Source: Caecitellus pseudoparvulus
Lineage: Eukaryota > Protista > Bigyra: Bicosoecida
Reading direction: 5' to 3'
DNA: 64,000 nt
NCBI GenBank assembly: GCA_965644315.1
Contig: CBFFRQ010000038.1
Span: 186,001 to 250,000, forward strand
The notes below the pieces were generated by a model that saw only the letters and a list, made by a program, of their open reading frames with translations, made no database searches and was not told the origin of the DNA. Positions 1 through 10,600 of the stretch are shown here, in pieces (within the stretch, counting starts at the first letter, position 1; the number at the start of each line of letters is the position of its first letter). The translations under genes and the position numbers were made by a program.

Positions 1-701
1 GCTCCAATCCACAGCTCCTGCACGAACTTGCCCTAGCGGCCGTGGTTCGCAAGCCACAGCGCAGGGTTTGAAACAGCGTCCCGGGAATTCAACGACATCT
101 CCTGCACACTGTCAGTCCCCCCCACGTCCAATCCAGCCCTCCAATTCAGTTCCATGCCGCGACTTGTAATCTGTGCGAGCTTGAAAACTGTGCATTGACA
201 GTGCGGCACTTACCTCAGCATTGCGAGTTGTGGAAGATACAGTCTTGTGACTCCCCCAATCTGACGGAGCCTCCGACTCTGCTGACACAGCTCTCCCCCC
301 CATGGCCATGGCTCGGCAGGTGGACAGGTCTGCGCAGCTTGCTTGCTCGATGAAAGATGGGACAGAAAGAATGTGCTTGGTGCGCTGCACTCACATCCGC
401 GCGCAGTGCTCGGGACGGACTACTGCGGGGCCGACCACACTTCGAGCAGTGGTCGAGCATTGCCCACCCCTTGCCAATGTTCCAACTTTCGCCTGAAACT
501 CCACATTTGCGTTGCAGCACGTACATGCAATTTCTAGTCCCAAGGTGCTTCTGCATCCTGCGACCTTCGCTGTACACGCGACTGTTCAGCAGGGCAACGG
601 CAGCTGTCGGCTGCGGAAATTGGCTGCCCGCGCTTTGGCTCCAAACGCAAGAGCCGACGCAGGCCGTGCCAACATCCACCCCGGTGTGGCGCTGTAGCAT
701 C

Positions 702-1377
702 ATGGCGGCAGATGGCTGCGTCACTCCCCCGCCGCAGCCCGTCACCGACGTGGAGACACGTTCCCCAAAGCTCCGAAAGCAACGCGCTGGCGAGAAGTAT
801 GGCCCAGACGGCTTCAGGCACCGTGCAGGCTGCGTCGTCGTGCGGGCAGGCGACGACGGTACGCCGGAGGTTTTCTTGTGCTCCTCCCGGAAGCAGCCTG
901 TCACCAAGACCCGCCGCTTCGTGCTCCCTGCGGGCGGTGAGTGTGCTGCAACGGCGTGCCGTGGAAGCACAAGCGCGCCGGCAACACGCTACGGGCTGCT
1001 TCCCCACAGGCATTGAAGAGGGAGAAGCGGAAGCGCAGGCGGCAGTTCGAGAGACGCAGGAGGAGGGCGGGGTCGTCTGTGGCAAGTCTCGCTGCGTGCT
1101 GCTCGGCACGTGGAGCGATGCCAAGCGGCGGAGCCACACGACGTACTTTGCGACCACCCTGGAATCACAAGAAAGCAGCCCAGAGGGCCGCCAGTGCCAG
1201 TGGCTGCCCGTGCCACAAGCCAAGGCTGTGCTCATGAAGAAGAACGGCATGTCTGCCGCGCTGGACTGCTTGCATGCGGCCCTGCTGACCGACCTCTGCG
1301 CCAGTGCGGCAGCGCCGGCTGCTGCGCCGGCAGAGTCACCAGGCGATGAGCAGCAGAGCAGCGAAATGGCGCCCTGA
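702..1377 (+). CDS. Nudix hydrolase, diphosphoinositol-polyphosphate phosphohydrolase (DIPP/NUDT3-like); 2 exons
   Basis: ATG 702. An intron at 937-1009 (GTGAGT...CACAG) joins FVLPAGG to IEEGEAEAQAAVRETQEEGGV, a complete Nudix box. The N-terminal 'KYGPDGFRHRAGCVVVR...VFLCSSRK' is typical of the DIPP subfamily. Confidence 0.85.
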
Positions 1378-1435
1378 GGGCAGCAGGGCAGCCCGATCCC
1401 ACATCTACATGAAGAGTTTTGCTTTCCTGCGTGAT

Positions 1436-1447
1436 CCAATGCATTGG
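1436..1447. promoter_or_regulatory. Palindromic CCAATGCATTGG between convergent Nudix and Twinkle stops; candidate bidirectional 3'-end signal
   Basis: The same AATGCA core occurs in sense orientation shortly after many stop codons in this window. Confidence 0.45.
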
Positions 1448-1464
1448 TCGCTGTGTGCACAGGC

Positions 1465-3724
1465 TCACTCCGCAACAATGTCTGCGTCAGGCCACCGCGA
1501 GGCCGCAGGCTTGTGCTGCGGGGGACTCGCGGGCAAGGCAGCCAGCTGCTCCTCCAGTGCTGTGGAGATGTCTGCTGCCAGGGCAGCATCATCCACCGCC
1601 GTCACCATGCTGTCTGCGTAGGTCGTCGTGGGAGCTGTCGGCTGCGGCGGCAGGGGCTGGGGGATGGGCAGCAGCTCCGGGTCGAAGCCGGGGGCGAAGA
1701 AGCGCCCTGACGCGCCGTGGTACTTCAGCGCCGTGCTGCCCAGCGTGCCGGCGTAGCGGTTCTTCTTGATGTCCAGGCTCTTCGCGCCGTCGCTGCCCAC
1801 CTGCAGGATCCAGACATTGTCCGCCTCCTGCGTCGCCTTGGCGGAGCCGAAGACAGAGGACAGGGACAGGGAGCTGCCAGAGGGCTCCTTGCGCGGGTGG
1901 ATGACCACCGACACCGACACGTTGCGGGAGGAGGCGAACTGCCGGAAGGCGTCCAGGGCGCGGTCCTGGGCGTCGAACTTGTCCGCGACGCCCGCCCCCA
2001 TCATGCGTGCTGCCATCATGAACTGCAGGTTGTCCAGCAGGATGTGCGAGACGTCGTGCCGGTACACGACGTAGTCCATGGCGTCCAGCACCGCCCCCAC
2101 CTCCGTGCTGCCGTAGTAGCGCAGGAAGAAGAGGGGCAGTCCCGACAACTCCTCCATGGCGGCGCGGAAGGCAGCCTTGTCCGCCAGCACCTCCCCGCCA
2201 TACCGCTGGCGCAGCATGGTCTTCACCAGGCGGGGCACGGGGATCTCGAAGCTGCCCCACATGGACGCGATGCCTGCCTCGGCCAGGTCCAGGGATAGCT
2301 GGGACAGCAGCGTCGTCTTGCCGCTGCCGGTGGGCCCCGTCAGCACAGTCAGCTCCCCCGTGCGAAAGCCGTGCGTGGCGTCCGTCAGGGGGGGCAGGGA
2401 GGTGTACTCTGCCCCCGTCCGGTGGGGCGGCGCGAACACCTCCGCCGCCACCTCCCCTGCCAGGTCGGCCAGTGTCAGCACCTGGTCGTGGTTGCAAGGG
2501 GTGGCGCCCGCCAGCACCTCCCCCAGGTCTGCTCCCGCCCGCAGCGCGTCGTTGGCATCCTTCAGGGGCGTGCCGTCGGACGCAGAGGGCGCCTGCACCA
2601 CCAGGCACCGCCCCCTGCCCAGCTTGTGCAGCACACGCTGCACGCCTGCCGACCCCGCAGCGTCCGCGTCCATCCACAGCGTGATGCGCTCGAAGGGCTC
2701 GAACAGCGGCAGGAGTTCGGGGGGCAGGGAGTTGGCGCCGTTGGGCAGGGACACGGCGGGCAGCCCCGTCGCCTGCCACACGGACATGGCGTCCAGCTCC
2801 CCCTCCGTCACCACCACCTCCTTGCAGCCGGGCGGGAGGGTGTGCAGGCCGAAGAGCCCCGGCTGGCCGCCGGCAGCCGCCGTCGGCTGGCTCTGCATGC
2901 ACCGCTTGTCCGTGATGGAGCGCAGTTTGGCCTTGGCAAAGGCCCAGGTGGTGCCGCCCAGCTCGCTGCGCAGGCAGCCGTCGGAGTGGGAGGCGGGGGC
3001 GAGGGATGGGAACACCACGCACTGGTGCGGCTGCCACTTGCCCTCCTGCATGAAGCTCCACTGCACGCCGCCCACGCCGTAGTGCTCCAGGGTGCTGCGC
3101 TTCAGCCCGCGTTGCTGGGTGAGGTACTGCAGCACGTCTGGGAAGCCGTTCTTGTGGCACAGCGCGGTGTGGGCGGTGCTCACGCTGTCCCCTGAGAACC
3201 GCGGGGGTGAACCAGGCTTGCGGGGTGCCTCTACGGGCGCCCGGGCAGGCTGCGCTGGCCGCTGCAGCTTCGGCACGTCCCCCAGCTCCCGCTTCAAATC
3301 GTACCAGGAGCCTGAGCTGCCGCACCGGTGGCAGAAGAATGCCCCCGTCCCGCGCTTGATGTACATCTTGTACATGTTGCTGCTCTTGCCTCCCGTGGGC
3401 TTCCCACACAGTGGGCACTCACGCACGACGAAGTGCGTGCCGTTTGCCTGCGCGAATCGAAGGAGAGAGTGTGGCTTGGACAGCTGAGAAACGCACCAAG
3501 GCAGAGCACTGCCTGCGCACCTTGAAGGACAGGCCCTTCCTGTCCAGATACATCTCTAGATCTGCATCTGGCAATTCGAAGTGCCTCGACACAAACGTGT
3601 CGTGCGCAATGGAGCCCAGCAGCGCCTGTGGTTGCAGGTGACGCAGACCGATTTCCGCACGCCCCGACACTCGCAGCAGCCCACTCCCAGCCACCCGACA
3701 AGCGACGCGGGCGGCACGAAGCAT
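1465..3724 (-). CDS. TWNK: Twinkle / T7 gp4-like organellar primase-helicase; 2 exons
   Basis: Arg-rich presequence-like N-terminus (MLRAARVACR). Intron 3448-3520. Zn-binding CPLC...CHRC; TOPRIM EGELDAMS, WMDAD and KDAND; Walker A GPTGSGKTT; ILLDNLQFM; HPRK; KATQEADN; KNRY. Confidence 0.92.
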
Positions 3725-3982
3725 GAGCTCTGAACTTCTTGCGCCTGAGTAAACACACGACCCTGCTGCAAGGCCTGCAGAAGCTCGCCGAGCGCTTTCT
3801 GATGCGCGCTATCCCTGGCAACGTGCCGCTGAGGCGCCAGACACTGCACGGCTCCACGCGTGTCACGAAGGAACTCATGCAGCTTTGCTGGAGAGACGGA
3901 GGTCATGCCAATGTGTTGTCAAACGCTGCATTGCATTGCGCCACCCGCCCCCCTCCCCACGCCGCACACACTCCCCGCCCCA

Positions 3983-6900
3983 TCAAATGTCCAGCTCGTC
4001 CACCTTCTCCACCCGCTCCTGCAGCGCGCTGAAGACATTGATCATGTCGCAGTTGGCTGTCAGGCGCTGGAACGTCAGCACGGACTTGAGCACAGCCATG
4101 TCCGTCGCCTCCCGCGCCTGCCCCGCCAGCGCCAGTCGCAGGTACATGGACAGGCGCGCCACCGGCAAGTGCTGCGGCAGCAACTTCAGCACCATGCGAC
4201 AGTCAATGGTGGTGGCGTGGCGCAGCAGTAACTCCTCGGCACGGTCCGCGTACACGTCCTGCATGCCCTCCGGCGCCTCGTAGAAGTACAGGTGCAGCAG
4301 GCGCCCGAAGGCGTCGTCGGAGCCGTCCTCCTGAAGCACTTGCTGCGCATATGCCTCCGCCCCCTCGTGGTCCTCCAAGTGCCGCACCAGCAAGTCCAGC
4401 GCCGTCGCGTGCTTGCCCATGCGCCGGGCCACCTGCACCTGCTCCGGCAGCAAGTTCGTCCCCCGCAGGGCGTCCCACACGCTGTCCGTGTTGAAGTCCT
4501 GCTTGGACCGCAGGACAGTCAGCAGCTTGGCGCGGGTCTCGGCGTGGGGCGTGTCTGGGGGCCAGGCCGCCTCCTGCGCTGGCAAGGCCACCGCTTGTGC
4601 CGCTGCCAGGGCCGCCCCGCTGCCACTGCCAGCTGCCGCTGCCTCCTTTACCACCCCCTCTTGGTGCAGCTTCAACGTGTTGATGAAGCTGAGCAGGAGC
4701 GCCGTGACACCCACCGTGCCGCCGCTCTGCAGCTTCAACACACTGTGCTCCAGGAACTGCTGCTGGCACTGGGGGCCGTTCCGCTTCAACGACTCGAGGA
4801 ACGCTGCCACGGCCGTGCCGTCCAGCTGCCCCTCCCGCTCAGGCGACGTCAGCGCACGCATGCCCGCCTGCACCAGGCGCTCGTCCTCCGACTCCAGCAG
4901 CCATGGCAGGAAGCGCTTGAGGACGTTCAGGTCCGTCTCCTGGGACAGAATGTCCACCGTGTCCTCCACACCGTCGAAGCCCGCCTCGCTCAGGGCGTGA
5001 GTGCCCACCTTCATCAACAGCTCCAAAGCAGCCACGCGCTCACCCCGCACTCGCTGCAGCCGCGCAAGGCACTGGTACAGCTGGTACCTCTTCAGGTACT
5101 CCTGCGCATCCTCCAGAGACACGTCGGTGGGGCTCTGCAGGAACCCCTGCAGAGCTGCCATGTCGTCCGCCAGGCAGTACACCCGCATGAGGGCCGTGTC
5201 CAGGAGGATGCTGGGGTGGCTACCGTCGGGGAAGCCCAGCTCCCCCCGCCGCCGCTCCAGCACCAGGCGCACCACGCGCATGGCCCGCCCGATGGTGCTG
5301 ATGACCGTGTCCCGGGGCGGCTTCTGGCCCCCGCCTGCCTTGGTCAACACTGCAGTCGCCACGGTTTTGAAAGACACTGGCGGGGGCATGGCTTGCCCTG
5401 GCTCCGGCCGGTCGTGGTCGTGGGTCGCCGCGGCAGCCACACTCCAGTGCCCCGCCACGATGCCCTGCAACAGGCACGGCGAGAAGAGCTCCGGCGTGTA
5501 CCCCAGCTTCAGCCGCCGGCTCTGCAGCTCGGGGAAGATGCACAGCAACTCCTGGGGCGGCAGAGCAGCCTGCTGCAAGTGGTGCGTGGCCTTGTCCAGG
5601 TGCAGCCCCAGCAGCAGCAAGCGCCCGGCAAGCTCGTGGAAGTGGCGCAGGCGGTGCGGCAGTTCGCCCGGGGGGGTTGTGTTCAGCAAGATGCTGTACG
5701 CTGTGTCGCTGCTGGGCACAGGCTGCTGCAGCAGCTGCGTCACCTGCTGCCCGAAGTCCACGTGGGACAGACGCAGGAGCGCCTTGGGGGTAGCCACCAG
5801 CACGGGGTGCCGGCCCCGCTCGTGTGGGCCCATGCCCGGGATCCAGCCGTCGCACATGCCCACCGCGCGGTCGAACTCGCTGGGCACCGTCCACCGCTGC
5901 ACGGAGCGCCCAGGGTCCAGCTGGGAGTGCACCTCAACTGTCTGGCCGTCTTTGGCCAGGGCCAGGATGTATGGGAAGCAGTAAGCCAGGTCCATGGGGT
6001 CAGCCGCCCACTGAATGTGCTTGGCCGCGGGCGAGTTGGCCACCGGCACCGCGACGCCGTCAGACGTGATGAACACGCCTTTGTGCCCTGTGGAACTGAG
6101 CAACAGCTCCCCCTCCAAGTCCGACGGCGCGGCAGTGCCACCCCCTGCCCCTGCAGCGCCGCCTGGCTGCCACAGCCTGGCCTCCTGCTCGCTGCGCACG
6201 GGCGGGGACGGGATGAACTTGATCATGGGCTCCGTCCCCGCCAGCTTCACGCCAAACACGTCACGCGGCACAGCTGCACCCGAAGACCCATCTGCCTCCA
6301 TGTCGTCCAGGAGGTTGTACTCCCGCCTGTACCCCACAGCGATGGTGCTGCCATAGTACCCCAGCCGCCGCACAGGGTCCGGGAAAGCCAGCTCCCGAGG
6401 CCCCTCCAGCGCCAAGCCACCCCCCTGCGCGCCCCGCAGCGTAAACAGCAGCAATTTTCGGTTCGTCGTCGCCACGGCCAGGCGGTGCAGAGGCGGGCGC
6501 GCAGAGTTCACCGCCAGCAAGCTTGCCTTACCCTTGGCCTTCACATCCAGCTCCTCGCTGGTGCCGGTGGCCATGTAGTGGGCGAAGACACGACCTGCCT
6601 TGATGCCCAGCACCACCGCCAGGGACGGCACCACTTCCAACTGTGTCACTGGGGAGCGGGAGCCCACGCTGACTTCGAAAGTCTCGTGGTCGCTGGACGG
6701 CGTGCCAGACTGCAGAGCAAGGCAGCGAAAGAAGTGTGCCGCAAAGCGCCGAGCAGGCTACCGCCGGGACATCGCACGCACAGACATGTCCACCTTAATC
6801 ACACGCCCTGACTCGGCCCCTGCATACACCGTAGAACCTGCTCGAGCGCGAAGCAGGGCACCGTGCTTGCAAGCCAATGCGGCACTGTGGCCCGATTTCC

Positions 6901-7007
6901 GCACCATGGCAAGCAACGCAGCTGAGCTTCTCGGCGGAGATCCTCACACATGTGTCCATAGTGAACGCGCTGCGAGGCCCACTTGTGTAGTCTGATGCCG
7001 CCGCCAT
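3983..7007 (-). CDS. Vps39/Vam6/TGFBRAP1-like HOPS/CORVET subunit (CNH propeller + clathrin-repeat solenoid); short 5' exons
   Basis: CNH-like motifs (TIAVGYRREYNLL, HIQWAADPMDLAYCFPYILAL, VEVHS), then LLDTALMRVY, RMGKHATALDLLVRHLEDHEGAEAY and VLKLLPQHLPV. The 5' exons from ATG 7007 are inferred from GT/AG signals near 6905/6838. Confidence 0.8.
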
Positions 7008-7617
7008 GGTACAGGGCTGCTACGAGAACTCCGTCGGCCACCACACTGGCCCAGGGGAGACCTCCTCTTCAGCGCAAGCTTACACAGACCCTCTGCAACG
7101 AAGATCACTTCCTCAACGAAACCAAGAGTGCAGCGAGGCAATCACCCTGCATTCACCCTCATCACATGATGCGCAGACGGCACGCCTGGCTTTTCTTTTT
7201 GAAATTGCACCGCTTGTGGGTTGAGGTTACTCTGCTCGTACAATTGAAGCGTAGCGGGCGGTGGTGGGAGCAGGGGGATGAAGGTGACGAGGCACCGTGT
7301 GCGAAAGGCCCTGACAGAGACAAATGGGGTAAAGCGTGGCGCAGGGCAGGAGACCGTTGGCTGTGCCTGGTAGGAGGTGGGTGAGGGAGGGAGGCACCAA
7401 GTCAGCTCTGGCGCCTGAACGTGAGGGCATGCAGCAGGTGCAGGCGAGTGGTGATGCCTTTGGGGGTGTAGTAAACGAACTGTTGCCCGCTTCTCTTTTG
7501 AGGAGCAAGTGTGGGTCAGGTGTGGTTGAAGACGAGAGGTGACAATACATTGAATTCCTACCCCTGCAGTGCATCGAGCAGCTAACCCAAAAAAACAAGA
7601 GGTTGCATGACATGTGA

Positions 7618-10600
7618 CTAGCATAAGTTGACACTCTTCCGAACGGAGCTTTGCTGGGGCCTTGCTGCTGAAAATGACACTCTGCCACGCTCATCCAAGT
7701 GACGATCAACTGACAAACGTCTATTAGCCTCCGGTACTGTGAGCTCAGGGAAGGGTTGACGTGAAGCTGCCGGAGAACGTGCACTAAGGAGGCCCAACAC
7801 TGTTGAGCCAGCTCCGGCCACGGATCTTCCCGACCTCTGGGAACCACTTGCAGGCAGTGGAAGCACTGGCAAGTCTGGAGCACGCTGTGGGTACAGAGTG
7901 TTGGGCTTCGTTGTTGGTCTTGGGACCAGGGTTGGCTGTGTCACACTGCTGCGTCGGAATACTGGGTTTGTTCCTTGAAGTCTTCGCCCGCTTTCGACGC
8001 TAGCAAGAGGGTTCGGCCGCAATGGGGGTATTCCACTCTTGGTTGCGGTGCCCTGTGTTGGCAGTTGGGCATCACTCCCAGCCGGCATGACCACCAGGGT
8101 TGACCCCGAGTCACCCACCACCTCCGCCATGCCAGTCTCCACGCTCAGTCCCTGCTCCTGCACCATGCCCAGCACACTCAACACATCCGACGCGGGTCGA
8201 GACGCTGCCGGCCGCACCTCGCCTCGCCGCACACACCGCTGCGCCAACGCCCACACAATGCTGCCCACACCCGGCACTTGGCTGTCAGTCACATCGCCCA
8301 GCTGACCACTGCTGCCACTTCCTGCACTGGTTGGCCCCAGCTCAGGCAGCCATGCTCGCAGGCGCCGACCCACAAGTGCCAGCAGTGCTCGCACTCGGCC
8401 ACTGTACCCTCGAGCGACAGCCATCGCCAGCCACAGCAGCACAAGCACATGCCCGATGCCTGAGATGAAGGATGCAGCAGTGGCCAGCCCGCCACCCACC
8501 GTACCAACACCCACACACACCACCTGCACCAGGATACCGCCATGGGCCAGGACATCCAGGTCGCTCAGCTCAGCCAGCGCCCAGGGCCGACGGTGCTGCA
8601 CGAGGGCCATGCTGCCCGCCACACCTACACCCACACAAACGATGCGAGCCACGGTGGATGTCGTCATGCTGCCCATGACCGCCACCAAGACGACGAGGGC
8701 CATTTGCAGGGCAGGGAAGGCGTGGGTGGGCAGGAGGCGCCCGGCACCGCAGCAGGCACGCTCACTGGCGCGTGCTGCCGCAAAAGCCGCTGCTTGGAAT
8801 GCCTTGCCTGCCCCTGTTGCGTGTGCGAGGCGGACTGCTTGCTGTGGCGTGTACTGTGTGCGGTATCCTTTGCTGCAAAAGGCAGGAATGGTCGCCCCTC
8901 GTGGCAGTAGGTGTTGCGACCTCCGCCACTGCCGCCACGCCAGCACACTCAGCACACCCACTGTGGCAGCCAAGCACTGCAGCGTCAGGGAGGCAGCGTA
9001 CCCGCCCACGTCAGCCGCATGCCCAGCGACATCGTCCGGACCGGACATGCCACGCCACACTGGCTGCAGCCCCACGATGCGGGCCTGGCCTTGGATGACA
9101 CTGGGCACCACCTGCATGTACGCTGCTGGCGCAAGGAGCAGGAAGATGGTGGTCCAGGTCTTGCCAGGTGCCGCGCGAGCGCACCACAACACAGCGGCAC
9201 TGACACACAGCAGGACGGCGCCATAAACGGCCATGATGATGTTGGCAATGTCATGCGGGCTGCGACTGTCTCCTCCGCCCATGAGACACCCGGCACTTGG
9301 CATTGTCGCGACGCCAGCTCGCCCTGTAAGTGCGCCCAGGATGCCCAGGACATCCACGCCTTGGGCTGGTTCAAGCTGGCTTGCGTAGAGAGTGCCGTTG
9401 GGCGGCAGAGTCTGCTCTTGGCCTGCTCGCCACGGCTGGGCCATGCCACAGACATCGGTCCACTGGCCCAGCGTGTGGGCTGCCGCCTGCAGTGTGCCTG
9501 GCGTGTCGGCCACCAACAGCGCCACCTGCCCCGCCATGCCGATGTACCACATGGCCAGGCGCAGGCCACCACTGAACAGGGTTGTTGCAACACGGTCTGG
9601 AGCGCGTGCATACCCATGCACTGCGAAGAGGGACATGACCAGTCCCAGCGCCATCTGTACAGCTGTGGCGCCTGCCTTGACGATACCCGGGGCCACGCCA
9701 TTGTACGGACACTGGCGGCATGTGGTGCAGGGGGAGGTCGCAGCCCAGCCGTCGGTACAGGTTTGGCATGCGAGGCCGCCGTGTCCAGGCTGGCAGGCCT
9801 TGAGGAGGCGCACGTCAGCGTGGGGGAGGCATGAGCCTGGTCGAGGGCATGGGAGGATGAGGGCTTGTGGTGAGGAGCAGTGTTGAGCACATGCGAGCTG
9901 GGCTGGGAAGCGGGGGACTGTGTAAGGAGCTGCTGCCGGGTTGAGTGAGGGGTGGGTGAGTGCCCAAGCTGAGTGGGGTGGAGAAGGGTGGGTGACGGCA
10001 GATGGGCTGGGAGAAGCTGGGGCAGTGGGCGAAATTGTGCTGGAGTGGGACGGTGCTGCTGTGGGGCTGCTGGTCATTGTGGTGCTTGGTGTGATCGTTC
10101 GTGTTGGACTCGCACTGCTACTACTGCTACGGCTGCTGCTGGCACTGGGTGTGACACTGGGCGTGTTGGATGAGGATATGGTTGATGAAGAGGTGGTTGA
10201 AGGTGTTGGACTGCAAGTTGTGGTTGGGCTCGCTGTGCTGCTCGGGGTCGTTGTGGTTGTAGAAGTGGCAGTGGGTGTCAGGCTCGCAGTGCTTGTTTGG
10301 CTGGCTGAAGCTGTGGGAGAAGCAGATCCACTCGGTGTCACAGATGTGCTCGAAGTCACAGATGAAGTTGGGGTCACGGTGGGAGTGTGTGAAGCGCTTG
10401 GGGTGCTGGACGGCGTAACTGAAGGCGAAGGAGTGTGTGAAGGGGTTGGGGAAGGTGTACCAAGGGGTACGATCTGACCAGGCAAGCACACCACATCAAC
10501 AGCAGCCGGACAAATGCCTGCTGTGCAGTTCCACACACCGTACAGCGTGCTACCCATACATGATCCTTCTCCTGTGCAAGAGATGCTGCACAGACCAGGA

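Noticed and set aside
1-310. 5' part of a minus-strand gene (ATG ~309, GTAAGT donor ~213)
   Set aside because: I could not build a consistent spliced frame to the window edge; not supportable.
1589-6811. Long overlapping alternative-frame ORFs (e.g. 1589-3418, 4292-6811; also 52842-55358)
   Set aside because: Typical stop-poor shadow frames of GC3-rich genes, with no motifs.
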